From NCBI GenBank assembly GCA_043228905.1, contig JBHGNT010000022.1, positions 3,968,001 through 4,032,000 of the forward strand: a DNA stretch of 64,000 bases. Direction: 5' to 3'. Position 1 is the first letter of the stretch; the number at the start of each line of letters is the position of its first letter. The notes below the pieces were generated by a model, which saw only the letters and a list, made by a program, of their open reading frames with translations, was not told the DNA's origin and searched no databases. The translations under genes were made by a program, and so were the position numbers. Positions 1-13,466 of this stretch are shown piece after piece. The DNA comes from Azolla caroliniana. Its lineage: Eukaryota > Plantae > Polypodiophyta.

Positions 1-2400
1 TTTTAGACGGCTTCAATGGCTATAATCAGATCCGTAGGCACCCAAACGATCAAGATAAGACAACGTTCGTGATGGAATGGGGTGTATTCGTAGCAGTTGT
101 GATGATGTTCAGACTCAAAACGGCGGCGACGACATTCCAACGCATCATCAGTGAAATTTTTGGCGAATACATACTTGCCTTCATGCAGGTTTTCCTTGAT
201 GATTTCATTGTATACAATGCACGAAATGAACATATACGACATCTACGGTTATGCTTGGAACGATGCTGAGTGGCGCGACTTAGCCTGAATCTAGCGAAAT
301 ATGCATTTAGCGTGACAAGTGGCGCTCTGCTCGGACATATAGTAAGCCATGAAGACATTGTCATCCATATGGGGAAAATCAAGGTAATCATCGAAGCACT
401 GGCCTCAAAAAATGCCAAGGTCATCAGTCACTTTCTAGGACAGATCTGATGCCATAGTTGGATGTTACGCTACCTAGCCGATTTTGCGACACCTCTACAT
501 GCGACAGTTCACACCGAACGCCATTCCAATGGACATAGACGGAGGACAAGGCATACATAACCCTAAAGGTCGTGCTAACACAAGCCCCAGTTGTCCAACC
601 CCCAGATTGGACGTGACCATTCCATATGTTCGTCGATGCATCGAACATCGCAATCGACAACACGCTCATGCAACTAACCAAACCGAATTGGTATCGACCA
701 GTTCATTATTCAAGCCGGAAGCTTTCGATCGCCGAATGAAATTACTCCACGACCAAGCGAGAAGCCCTAGGTATGATATATAGTATCAATAGGTTTGGAC
801 ACTACCTACTGGGCCAGAAGTTTGTGTTTTCACGTGGATCATGCGCCTCTCCTGTATCTGGTTTCGAAGTAGTCACTCACGGGTAAGCTGGCTCGATGGA
901 TGTTGTTGCTACAAGAATTCGAATTCGAGATCCAACATCGGCCAGACACTCAACATGCCATCGTGGATTATCTAAGCCACATTGAGAACGGAGAAGAAGC
1001 CTCAGGGCATGATGACGACTTTCCGGATAGCGGAATTCTATGAATTTCGGCAAGTGAGGCCGAAACTGACAAGGTGACACCAGAGGATAAATGGCTCGAG
1101 GATATGAGTCATTTCTTGACCATCGGCTTACCCCCCCACGGATGCGAATGGATGAGAAAAGCAATTGGTGGTCTGAAGTCGAAATTTTTGCCTCTTAGAG
1201 GGTACACTATACCACAAAGGGAGCGATGACGTTTGGCGGCAATGCATTCGGCACGACGAAAAAGAAGCAGTATTATGGAAGCGCACTGTGGGATAGTCGT
1301 GGGGCATTACGCTGGTGAAGCAACAAGAAGGAAAATATGGCAAAGTGACCTCTGGTGGCCAACCACATAGAAAGGCGCCCATATGTACTGTAGACAATGC
1401 AATTTATGCCAACGGATGGGCTAGCCCACGGAACGGGCCCGTATGCCTCATCAGCCCATGTTATCATTGGAACCATTCCAAAAATGGGGCCTTGACTTCG
1501 TTGGACCATTCACTCCATGCGGCACACATTGGGAATAGGTATATCTTAGTCACAATAGATTATTGCACAAAGTGGGTAGAAGCAAAAGCCTTAGGGGACA
1601 ACACGATGGGGTCCACTACAAAAATCCTCTATGAGAACATTTGATGTCGGTTCGGATGCCCCATCGAACTCATAAGCGATTAGGGAGGCCATTTTCTCCA
1701 TAAGGTTGTACACAGATTCACAGAGCACTACGCCGTAGTTCACAAAAAGAGTACCTCGTATTACCCTCAAGCAAATGGACTAGCGGAATTGACGAACAAG
1801 ACTCTACAGAATATACTAAAGAAAATCGTCAACAAGAATCAGATGGACTGGGATACAAAGCTCTAGAGCGCCCTCTAGGCAGATCGCACGAGCTTCAAGA
1901 CAAGTATCCAAGCAACACCATTTCGATTGGTGTACGGTCTCGAAGCAATAATGCCAATCGAATTTCGAGTGTCGAGATTGCACGTATAAGTTCGAGTGCC
2001 AAGATGCCAAAAGAGAGTCGGAGTAGGTCCGACTCGAATAACTCCTAGCACTAGCAGAAGCTCACATCGTTAGTATGGCAAACTTAGAGCAGGAGAAAAG
2101 ATGGCACAAGGCCTTCGTCTACCAACATCGAGGAGGTAACAAAAAAGCTTTCAAAATCGGAAAGGCCGTACTTGTGTTCTAGACATGCATGGGGAATATG
2201 TTGGGGCAAACTCTGATTTCGGTGGACGGGGTTGTATTGGATAATCGGTGTCGAAAACAGTACCTTCGAACTAGGAACCCTAACCGGGGAAATTTTGCAA
2301 CAAAAGGTCTACGGATTTCGACTCAAACCCTACTCGGGACCCACACCCCCAAATACGTTTAGAAACGCCGCAAAATTAACGGTTGAAAATGTTGGCCCAC
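1..2400 (+). pseudogene. Degenerate Ty3/gypsy pol (RT, RNase H, integrase), same lineage as element B; truncated by the window edge
   Basis: ORF fragments [44 protein letters not shown] and YWII..TFELGTLTGEILQQKVYGFRLKPY align with the pol of element B. Many stops and frameshifts. Confidence 0.9.
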
Positions 2401-3949
2401 TCCCTGCCAAACAACCTCGGGTGATGGATCCACCTTCCATTAATACGGATCCTACTGTTCAATATTGTAATATTAATGTAAACTAGTAATAGCCATTATC
2501 GTTAGGTATGAAAATAAAAGGAAAAAGGCACTCAGAGCTATATTTAAGGTTTTGCATGTAGGCACACAAACCAAGAAATCAAGTACCACGCGTGGATGGC
2601 ATGGCTCAAATGATCTTAAGCACTACCGTTCCCACTGTACGAAAAGGTAATCTAAGTCATTTCTCTAACCCCACACAACACAAAAGCTCTCATCTCTCCC
2701 CTTGCTCTCTGAAAGAGTGATGATAGAAAGAAGAGATATAAATCCAAAACTACAAAGATATATTGATAATGAATGATCATGATGGAAGGAAGAGAGAAAG
2801 ACGATACATAAATCCAAATCTACAAAGATATATTGATAATAACTCAACCACACTACATGAACGGGAAAGAAAACACCACAATAAATAGACTCAGAACCAC
2901 CACCAGAACATTACTCTCCTCCCCTTATGATAAAGGTATCACTTCCAAGATCTTCTTCTACCCTCCCCGTCTCACTTCTTATAATCTTCTTATTCTTCCT
3001 TCTTCCTCTCTTTTTTACAATTTTTTTAGAAGTTGTTTATCTCCTATTTTTAGCTATGACACATCGACCTTCTAATCATCATATCTCCCTCACCAAAGCT
3101 CCAAATTTAGAGATGTAAAAGCTAAAGATAGCTCTCTTCACGAGCTTTCCAACCCATATTTGCACATTATATTTGGGTTTCAAACAAAAGAGTTAGGATC
3201 GTTCGTTTCAGATTGTGTTTTGGTGGCCCGCTTTTTTCTTCTTTTACTTTTCTCCATGTGTCTTGCTTTTAGTTTGACTTATCCACAAGACCTTGGTTCG
3301 TGTTCTTTCCCTTTGGATGTGAACGCTCCCTACCTTATATTCTTGTAGTGTTCAATACCTTGAATTCTAAAAACACTTTCACACTCTCCTTGCTCTCCTT
3401 GCTCTGACAAACCCTCGTGCCCTTGCGCCCTCGCTTACCCTCTCACCCACCATCTACACGCTCTCCTCGCTCTTCTCACCGCACAGATCACACCTCTGCC
3501 CAACCCAACGCTGAGACAACCATGACCATCAACATCTCCCTTGCTCTGCGATGGTGGCTCCACGAACACGGGCAAGCCGGGTATATCAAAGTGGCAGAAG
3601 CACTGCTCCACCTCAACTCCCATGAAATGGCGACGTAGATCAACGTGGATACTATTACAAATGCCATGATCCGTAAGAACCTGGATTTGAGCTCCATTGG
3701 GGAACCTTGTCGTGTCATGGCTCTAGACTCTACCAGAAGCGTAGCATTGAGTAGACAGAAGATGACGTGAAAGTGAGGAAGGAATCGTTGGGATTTTGGA
3801 CGGAAGAGACGAAAGAGTATAAATAGATAAAAAGTGATCAACAAGATAGGATATAGAAGATATTTGAAGCAATAAAAGAGATTTATAATTATTTGATGAA
3901 AGAGTTACAAAATGGTTGCGAGCATTGTTGAATTCGAACTGTAATCACC

Positions 3950-4858
3950 CCCCTAAAGAGAGAACCCAATCGTCGATTGCTTCAACGGATATGGGTTGTG
4001 ATGTGCGGACGGTGGGGATATTATGTGCGCGGACAAATGAGATATCGATAAAACAAGTTGATACTCCGGAGTCGAGCAAGGCATGAGATTGGATTGAAGT
4101 CGACCCAAATCAAAGACATACTTGCAAGGCAAACCCTTCTAATTGCGGAACTAAATTGTAGGAGCACGGAAAAGTTGGGAAATGGGAAGCGTTCAGCAAC
4201 ATGGTTCCTACTACAACTGGACTTGGTTGTTTTCCTGTTGTCGAGGAACCTTCACAAGACGTGCACGATGGAATTGGTACCGAGGGCCCCACACCAGGTA
4301 GTGGCGGATGACATGGTCGAGGTTACCACAATAGAGATAGAGGCGATGTTGGCGTTGGGCATCAGTTAGTGGTTGGAACCGAGCGTGGTCGATCTCCATC
4401 GAGGTATGGGAATTGACCTCCATCAAAGTATGAGGATCAATGGGGGATGGTAAGGTTGGCGTGGTTGGTGAAATGGAGACGTATGGTCTGGTTATTGATG
4501 CGTTTCGGGAGGAAGACTAAAACCCTCGAGTCCCATGTTCTCCTTGACGAAATTCAAAAAGATTATTATCACATTGAATGTCTTGGGAGATTACCTAAGA
4601 CAACGATGTGAGCTCCAAAAAGTTTAAGAGAAGAGTCTTGACATCATTTCAGAGGCCTCGACGAAAAAGGCCGCATAAGGCTTGGTCATCCCAATTGACA
4701 TCACAGGCAACTTGACGAAACTCTGAAGCGTAGATACAAGTTGGATGTGAGCCTTCTTGGAAGGAATAGAGCTTCGTCATTGCCATTCATTGTCGGCCTG
4801 TCTTGCCGAACGTAGCTTCAAGCTCAACAAAGAAGGCATGGAAGTGTCTCCACAAAGG
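3950..4858 (-). pseudogene. Chromovirus-like gag remnant, C-terminal half
   Basis: FHAFFVELEATFG..., VNWDDQAL and SMEIDHARFQPLTDAQRQHRLYLYCGNLDH match the gag of elements D/E. A PPT-like TAGGGGGG lies on the minus strand near 3948-3955. Confidence 0.7.
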
Positions 4859-5298
4859 GTTCTCCCAAGCTTCCTTCAGTGTCTTGGCCTCTCGGATATA
4901 GCCGAACATGTGGGCGTGAACACATGATGCCAAACAATACAACACATTACTTGTTGCTTGCTCCCATGTTAGGAAGACTGTGTGTGTTGGGTTGGGTTTC
5001 ATTTCTTGCGCTCCTTCAATGTAACTTCAATAGCCTTGGCCAACAAGGTATTGGTGCCTCTATCATTCCCAAGATGCAAAGTTATTTCTATCCAGCTTTT
5101 CACTGGAAAAAGAGTTGCCCATTTGAGTATTCGTGATGGCCGACTGGTTGAAACAAGTTTTTTTCTTCTTCTTCTTCTCCGTGATATGAACTATGTAGGG
5201 TTGCTACGATTGTGATCGACAAATTCTTCTCGAGCGTCAGCGTAAGCATGACACACACGGATGGGCTTAGATCAAGCCACCAAACCGCACTGATATCA
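4859..5298 (-). pseudogene. Ty1/copia gag N-terminus remnant with a degenerate tRNA-iMet PBS
   Basis: From the ATG at 5122 it reads MGNSFSSEKLDRNNFASWE..HQYLVGQGY..WEQATSNVLYCLASCV..IREAKTLKEAWEN, a copia gag pattern. TGATATCAGTGC at 5298-5287 resembles TGGTATCAGAGC. Confidence 0.7.
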
Positions 5299-5345
5299 TA
5301 TAAAGAATCAAGTATATGATTTAGTGCAGTGGAAACAAATTAGAA

Positions 5346-5421
<76 letters not shown>
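5346..5421. repeat. (GT)n(GA)n compound microsatellite
   Basis: Directly visible. Confidence 0.95.
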
Positions 5422-5423
<2 letters not shown>

Positions 5424-5429
5424 TTAACA

Positions 5430-6170
5430 CATGGGAGGACAACGATTAAGGTTTCATGGTGGCAAGTACTGAATGGATGTATTTCACTTAGGATATTGGG
5501 CTCTTCATGTGTTCAACACTTGATTACTTCATGGCAAGAAGCACTATTGTTATGTGTATGGAAACCATAATCTAATAGAGGACATTGTAATTCTTTGCAA
5601 AAAGAGTTACTTGTGTCTTCTCCGTTATTATGTTGGCCAAGAAAGGAGAGATTGTGCTCTCAATTTAATCGTTTGTTTCATTTGGGGGTCAAAGAGGTGG
5701 GAGATATAGTTGAGGCTCCATCTCAAAGAATTTTGGAGTTTGTTCAAGCCCCGTTCAAGCGCTACAATTATTATGCATCTCGCCTAATTATGGGTTTATT
5801 TGGCAACAAGTACAAAATATTGCATTGATGCAAAGTCCCTTACCTCTACAAACAGGAGAACAATCGTGGATTGATTGGTGTTTACGGGGTCAAATGTCGT
5901 TGTTACAAGTGACTACTAATCTTTTGTATCATTGCTCTATTGAGTCTCTTGGATGACTATCATCTAAGGCTGGAGAAGAATGGAAAGTACACAAATATGA
6001 TCATGGGCGGTGGCAGATCTTACAACGTAGTTGGCATTCTAAATTGCCACTTGTAGCAAAGGTCTTCATTGGAGAGTTTTGATTGGCGGATTGCCTTTGG
6101 GATTAGCTCTAAAGCGTCATGGACTAACAATGAGTAATTGCTTTTTTTGCACGATTCAAATGGAAGATAT
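5430..6170 (+). pseudogene. L1-type LINE ORF2 C-terminal fragment with zf-RVT
   Basis: HWRVLIGGLPLGLALKRHGLTMSNCFFCTIQMED at ~6066-6168 fits the zf-RVT pattern. Upstream fragments are degenerate. Confidence 0.6.
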
Positions 6171-6259
6171 TACTCATTGATTTATACAATGTTTGATTGC
6201 TTGTCAGATTTGGAGTTACATTTCTCAAATTTGGCAAAGTGTGCATAGCCAACCACTCC

Positions 6260-9200
6260 TGTTTCACATCGCAATGCATGTGAGCTAAGTCGCATGGAAG
6301 CAATGGTTCAAATGGAAGATAACGGTATGGGCTCTAACATGTATGGATGTGTACGATTTCCCCGTTCCGCAAAGAATATGGTTTTGTAGTTAGGTGCAAC
6401 ATGTGTAGTATAATGTGTGAAGCGTGAGCCTCCACATTTGTCCCATGTCATGATACATTGGTGTTGCAAAAATGCCTCATTTACAGAGGAATCTAATGAT
6501 GCATCATGAAGCAAGTGTCTCGCATCCCATCTACCAAACCATTTTTCTATATCTTGCATCCAACCGGAACACAAAATTTTGCTTTTATGCGTCTTTTGGA
6601 TCTTTTTGCTTGCTTCCCACACAATTCTAGGAAGTCGATGTGAGGGACTTTTTTGAACCTTAAGCATGTATTTAACAACCCTTTCCATGGCCATGATCTC
6701 AATGGGAAGCGATCCCATCTCAAGGAGGAGGAGGGTGTAGGGCGTTTGTTTCTTAACTTGTAGAAACTTGGTAAGAAAATGCTTTTGGACATTTTCAAAC
6801 TCTTTCCACATAGATTTAGGGATGCTACCGCCCCATACTTCCACCCCATAGAGAAGAACCTATGTCACCAAAGTGTCGAAAAGATATTTCTTGAGGACCC
6901 AACACTTAATGTCTCCAAGATTGCATGTGTTCTCAAAAGCATAGTATGCTCGCTTGCCCGCCTCCAAGCGGCGTGTAGCACATTCATTCCATCTATGATT
7001 TGAAGGAACTTCAAGGCCAAGATATTTGAAGCTTTCCACACATTCAAGTGGCTCATTGTTGTACATAATGCATGGTTTATCTCTTTTTTGGCTCTTCACA
7101 AGCATAATCTTTGTTTTAGAGCTATTGACACTTAATTTAGTATGCATGCAAATTTTTTCCAATGCCTTCATAAGCTTTTGTGCATCTCCTAAAGTATTTG
7201 CAAAAAGTGCTACATCATCTGCATATAGCAAAAACATAATTACAACATTCCCAATGGCAACTTCTTCAACACATTCTTCCTTTGCAAACTTGGTAACCAT
7301 TTCTTCCAATTCATCAATGCATAGACCAAATAGTGTTGGTGAGAGTGGGCATCCTTGCTTAACACCAATAGTGCTTTTGAAAAAATCTGAAAGTTTATCT
7401 CTCATGCGCACACAACATATAACCTTCTCATAAATTCGGGAAATTGCAAGCATATATTCACTTGGCACCTCAAGTTCTTCCATTCTCCTCCAAAGATGCT
7501 CACGAGCTTTCTTGAAGTCTACAAAGCAACAATATAAACCTTTACCTCTAAGGCGACTTTCCTCCATTAATACTCGAAGGGTGATAAGGTGATCAATGGT
7601 GCTATGGTGTTTTCGAAAGCCAGCTTGTCCATAAGCTCTCTTACCACTTTTTTCAGCCCATACACTTATCTTTGATTCCATTATACATCCAAATAGTTTT
7701 GCCATTAATGATCCAACCATGATGGTTCGATAGTTGTTTACATTAATTATATCTCCACCTTTATGTAAAGGTTTGATCCAATTTGTAGTCCAATCATACG
7801 GCATACCATGTTGCAATGCATCATTAAACATATCGCTTATCCATATTTGTGCTTCCTTTCCAATCCATTTGAGCATTTAAGCCTTTATACATTGAAGATC
7901 GCTTGCCTTTCGAGAGGCCAATTTCTTAAGTCCTATGCATATATCTTCAATTGTAAGGAAGGGAGGCATATGTGAAAGAGAACCATAACACATCATCTTT
8001 CCGGCAAGAGATAACTCATATAAATTCTTACAATGCATAGACAAGTCGTGAAGAGTTAAGTCACCATAACTCTCAACACGTTTTCCCTTTAGATTTCCCC
8101 AAAATTTAGCACATGCATGTGCTTTCTCTTGCGTTTGGATAAATTGTTGAGTAACTTCCCATATTCTTCTCTTTCTTTGAATAAGCCTTTTATACTCATG
8201 CAAATGCTTTTGGTAATTCTCTTTATCCTTAACTACATCCAAAACCATAAGGCACTTTCGAGCTTCACGACATTCTTTATCAAACCATTTTTTCCTAAGT
8301 TTCTTGGTGCATTTCCAAGATGTGCGGTTGGTTGAAAAACATTTGTTTGTACATGAGAGAATGACTTTCTTGAAAGCTTCCCATTTGCATTCTAGTGTGG
8401 CACCATGTTGTATCTTTGTCATTTGTAACATATCCTCAACCATCTTGGAATACATAGGTGCTTGGTTAAGGTTCATGCTAAAGTGTGGTTGTTTATTATC
8501 TTCAATAGCCTTCTCACAATCAAACCTATGCATACATTTGAGATCAATACATAAAGGCCCATGATCGGATTCCGGTGTCCATTCACCAAGTGAGAATTTA
8601 TGTATACGATCCAAAATACCTTCGGAAAGTAGCACATAGTCAATCACACTATTTCCGTTGTGTTTTCTACATGTAAAACCATTAGTGTTGGGCCATAAGG
8701 AAATACCATTTGCAATAAGCAATCCGGTACTATTGCACATTTGTAGGAGTAACTTCCCAAATTGGTCCGGATCTTTTTCATCGCTAGAAGAGCGGTTATA
8801 CATTTGCATATCCTCTTGCATCCTTGAGATATGTGGCATGAAAGATTCTTGTGAATCAAGTTGGAAACTTCTTGTACGAGCATTCATGTCACCAAAGACA
8901 ATAACTTCCCCTTTGGATTTGAAATAAGCAATATCATCTTCTAGATTGGCAAACGGTTGATCTTTATCCAAACAAGCATAAAAGTTAGAATCTTGATGAG
9001 GAATGTAACATCCAACTACAAAAGTGGGCAAATCATTAGGTGTTTCTATTTTGAGCCATATGTAGCATTTATGTTCATCATTTTTTATGATTGACACATA
9101 TTTCTCTATTTCCTTCTTAATCAAACATGCCACCCCTCCTTGTCCTATTCTTTGTCTTCGATTTTTCTTCCATATCAAAGAGTGTACATTATAGTTTCCT

Positions 9201-9361
9201 AAACCTTGAATCCTTTGCGTATCATGCTCCCATGTTTCAACAAGAAGTGTGATATCTGAGTCATCGGTGAACTCCTCTATGCCAAATCCCGCATTCCATG
9301 GGTATCCATTGCAATTCCAAAAGCATAGTCGTAAAAGGCGTGGGTTAGTCTCATAGATCAC
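6260..9361 (-). pseudogene. LINE ORF2: APE endonuclease plus reverse transcriptase, with in-frame stops at 7877, 6860 and 6308
   Basis: APE motifs: FWNCNG, LVETW, GGVA, FGDMNAR, IDYVL, SDH. RT motifs: GQAGFR, FVDFKKA, GVKQGCPLSPTLF, LYADD, FKYLG. Confidence 0.92.
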
Positions 9362-9367
9362 GTGTCC

Positions 9368-10237
9368 CTATTTGCCTACATTTCCATCTTTAAGCACATC
9401 CTTAACCTTGTTTTTCAATCTTTCTTCATATGCTTTATGACGAGCATTTTGTTGTGAGATAATACGATCTTCACTCACAAAGCATTGTGTACCTTTGAGG
9501 TATACCCAACTATTTTCGAGTATGATCCGCCGCTTTGTATCATCTGTCATTGTGCATACAATAGGCCTTTCTTCGAAGCGAGTAACACCATGTTTCCCAA
9601 CTCAGTGTGCCCCATATACATTCACATTTGACATCCCATAATGCATGCTAAAAAATTCACCAATGGCCTTTCCAAGGGATGTGGGTGTTTCAATACTCTC
9701 TTCTTTAATCCCACGGACGACAATGTTCTTTGATCGTCGTTCACGTTCTTTCAATTCTCGGACATCTATGCTTTCTATATTCTTCTCTTGATGCATCACA
9801 TGCATATTAGATGAGTTTGATAGCACATCCCCACCACATACATCGGCCCATGACTTCGTTGTACATACATTTTTCATCTCACTTACATCCCGCCTCATCG
9901 TGTCCAATTTTTCTTCTTTTAACGCTTCCTTTAACTCAATCTTGTTAAGGCGCTCATTTGTTTCAAAAGAAGCTCTTTTACATTCTTGAATCTCTTCTTG
10001 AAGTTTTGCAACCACTTGTTTAAGACTTTCATTCTCAATGACAACACTTTGGAGCTTAGTATTCTCTTTCATTAAGGTCCTAATCTCTTCACCTTGCTTG
10101 TTTATGGTTTCTTGAAGAGAAATCAAGTGACTCATAAGCATTTTGTCCATTGCATTAGAATCAAGATTTGTTGGTGATCTCGGCTCATTATCAATCATAC
10201 CCCCGAACTTTGCGTCGGTTTCACGAGTATTTGCCAT
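9368..10237 (-). pseudogene. LINE ORF1 (coiled coil plus RRM-like domain), one premature TGA at 9602-9604
   Basis: Coiled coil, then ERERRSKNIVVRGIKEE, GAH(R)VGK, RPIV and FVSED. The ORFs at 9602-10237 and 9368-9550 share a frame. Confidence 0.8.
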
Positions 10238-11299
10238 TGTAGGGACAAACCCTACAGGAAAAGAGAGACAGAGAGGGAAGGAGAGAGAATGTACCTTTCA
10301 CTCGATTTAGGGCTTCAAAATCTACCTTCCATTTGAGGAACCGTGGGGCAAAGATGGTTGCGGATGAAAATGCTCATAACTTCTCGCCATGGTAACGAAA
10401 TTCAGTAAATGAACATTCTTTAGAAAGCTCTCTCCAAGAGCTTTCCAACGAGCTATAGAACGTAGAAAACGATGGCCGGAGTGAACTTAGAGAGAGCTTT
10501 GAAAGAGATGAGAGAAGAGAAAACACAGTACTCAACAAGAGAGAGAGAGAGAGAGTTGACAAGAGACAAAAAATCAGAAAACTGTATATCACAAGAATGA
10601 TCACTAACCAACATTTTACAGAAGAGAAGAGAGGGTGCTTATATAGTCACATTTTCTCTACACTCACTAAAACTACCCCTCGGCAAAGGGGGGGAAACCT
10701 TAACTACCTAATAACTATGTGTCATAAGATGTAACTTCTATGACACATTAGTTATGTTACATAGTGGTGGGGTGTGTCTGTTAAGAGTCTATTACTAATC
10801 AATAGACCAAATCAAGTAAAAAGGAAGAAAATAGATTGGATAGAAGAACCCGTTCCACCCGACCACCCCCGAGCTATGATCTAGACATAGCCAACCTACC
10901 ACCGACGTCCCATACCGCCGGATATTAGGATGACTAATACCTTGGAAGAGATAAACACGATCGTCGAGACGAAAGCCTAGCCCGCACCACCGGTGTCTAC
11001 GACAGCAGCCTTCCGACGTGATGATTCCTATGAGGGTAGCTAAGCCTCATATTTATACCTTTTCCTAGGCCCCTTGAATAGATGTGCCTTTCTAAAAGGC
11101 TCTCTATTCATTGGTTGTCTAAATCATGATAGTGCATGCACATATCATTCATTCTATCCAATCATTAGTCCCCTTTTTAATAATAGTGAACATACCCTTC
11201 ACTAATGTAAATATTAGTGACCTACCCTCACCAACGTTATGTGTACATAACAGTGTCCACACACTTGTAGTCTTAGGATGTGTTCACACCATAGGGAAG

Positions 11300-11679
11300 T
11301 TGAGTTTGATTCTCAACATTGTCAAATCTTGTAGCCAATGGTGATATTGTGGGTTTACATATTCTTTCTGGAGGACAATCGGTGCCACAAGCATTAGCTG
11401 ATGATTCTTTTGTGATTCTACAAGCCTCAAAAGAAAACCTTGAAAGGAGTATGCAAGTTTGGGATCAATTCGCCTTAGCTTTAGGGTTGCATATAAATTG
11501 GAGGAAGTCTTGCCTTATTTCTTGTACAGAGAGTGATTTGGAATGTTTGGGATGGCGAGGGTAAATGATTGCAAATGTTCAACTGATTGACTAGATTGGT
11601 AGTAACTTGAAGGACAAATTTATGTATTAGAAGTCTCAATTATGGCCCTTTCATGTACAACTCAATGTGGTGCAATGTA
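11300..11679 (+). pseudogene. L1-type LINE RT fragment, 5' part; interrupted by element A
   Basis: QALADDSFVIL..ALGLHINWRKS, then WPFHVQLNVVQC, which resumes as ILIPMLLYYLP at 50623. Confidence 0.8.
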
Positions 11680-12182
11680 TGTCAGGAATAGGACTAAGAC
11701 GGAGAGGGAATTAGTACTAGAGATGAGGATTAGTACTAAGAGGGGAAATGATGTATTGTCAAGAATAGTACTACGACAGAGAGGGAATTAGTACTAGAGA
11801 TGAGGATCAATACTAAGAGGGAAAAAGCTGTAGAACTCTCGGGAGAAGGAGAGAGAGAGAGAGATTGATGGTAACAAACAATATATTATATTATATAAAG
11901 AGAATATACTAGAATTGCTAGGAGTCTTAAGACTAGCGTTGAACTGAATTGGTTCTCAATAATGCCATGTGCCTCTTTTTATAGTATGCATAGGAGTACT
12001 CTTAATATTTCTAGAATGTTCCAGAGAAATCTAGAATATACATGGATTTCCTAGGTGAAATAATAAATGGAAATAATATTCTTCATATTACAATGTAGAG
12101 CTTAATGGTAAGGCTTTAACCTATGTGACACAAGGTCATGCGTTCGAATCCTTTTTAAGTCATACCATGCTATATCATGAGA
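11680..12182 (-). repeat. 3' LTR of element A
   Basis: Direct repeat of 50122-50615. PPT complement CTACCCCCCCCC lies at 12183-12194. Confidence 0.9.
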
Positions 12183-13414
12183 CTACCCCCCCCCTTAAGA
12201 CGACGAGTGTTACAAGTCGTCTTAGATGGAGGACCTGGCTTGTCGGGATATTGCCGATGGAAGTCCTCAATAAGAGCTCAAGCATTTACCACATTCTCGA
12301 CTGGTTCCCAAGTACGCTCGCTTGGACTATAGCCTAGCCAATCGACCAAATAGGAGAGCTTGTTGCGAACAATCTTGGAATTGAGGATGGTAGTAACTTC
12401 GTACTCCGGTCCGACTTCCAGCTCAATCGGGGGTGGACGTGGTGTAATACGATTCGGGATAGTGTTGACTCGAAAGGGTTCGAGGAGAGAACTATGAAAA
12501 ACCAGACATATCTGTAGTTGCGGTGGTAGATGAAGACGAAAAGTTACATCATTAATTTTTCTAATAATACGGAAAGGACCTAATCGTTGATAATCCAATT
12601 TATTGCATGGTCGAGTAGTCTTGATATGTCGTCGTAATAGCCATACCCGATTTCCAATGTCAACATAGGATGGAAGCCGATGACGATCTGTACAAGCCTT
12701 ATGTGTTTGTTGAGCTTGTTGTAAATGGGTAGATAGATCTGCATGTATCTTGCGTAGCCGCTCCAAATGATCCTCTACATGAGGATTTGTGGGTAACTCT
12801 GGAGTTTTGAGCACACACCATCGAGGATGATAGCCTGTATAAGCATAAAATGGTGTAACCCTAGTCGATGAGTGGATAGAGTTATTGTAAGAAAATTCGA
12901 CAAAGTGGAGAATATTCGCCCAATCATCTTGTTGATAGCTTAGAAAACACAAAAGATATTGTTCCAGCGTTTGATTTGTGTTAACTCTTCGGGCTGGACA
13001 ATGGCCTAACACAGGGTGTCTACGGGAGACACTTCACCAAAGGGGGTTACGGCAACCGGATTAGACTTCAACGCTTAATCCAACTTAATTAAGTTACTTA
13101 TTAGGATCGTCTTTCATAACACGCGTAAGATATAACAATTAAGACAGAACGGCAATTAACACAGAAAGATAACAACGCTTAAGCTTTCATTAATTAACCG
13201 CTAACTATTACATTGTATCCGGGCCTTTAAATAGGTTTTCGGTCTGTATTACAAAACGGTGCCATCCGCACCTGTTCGGGATCGGTCAAGATCCGGAACG
13301 GCATACCGTTTCCGGTCCGTCCGTCCAAACTCATAGCTTAATTACAACCACATTCCTACTACTTAATTAGCTCTCCGTTTCCCACTCTGGACTCCTTTGC
13401 CGGCCGGTAACACA

Positions 13415-13430
13415 TGGCACGCCCGTGGGA
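13415..13430 (+). promoter_or_regulatory. PBS-like sequence complementary to the tRNA-Arg(UCU) 3' end, at the position where the PPT is expected
   Basis: TGGCACGCCCGTGGGA lies 2 nt inside the left LTR. The plant tRNA-Arg PBS, as I recall it, is TGGCACGCCCAGTGGGA. Confidence 0.7.
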
Positions 13431-13466
13431 TAGTACCTTGTACGTCGAATCCATAACCGACCCTTG

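Larger units (their letters stand above)
6260..10260 (-). mobile_element. Non-LTR retrotransposon, RTEX/RTE-like with an ORF1; 3' end not recognisable
   Basis: ORF1, APE, RT and a C-terminal RLSSHALRCET motif are collinear in one reading frame. Confidence 0.85.

Noticed and set aside
6155-6321. 15-bp direct repeat TTCAAATGGAAGATA (6155-6169, 6307-6321) as a LINE TSD
   Set aside because: The second copy lies inside the RTEX-like ORF2 rather than flanking the element. It may be coincidence or a repair scar, and I cannot interpret it.
10300-10800. Possible minus-strand LTR/promoter relic, loosely similar to 50850-51100
   Set aside because: I could not establish termini, a TSD or a partner LTR.
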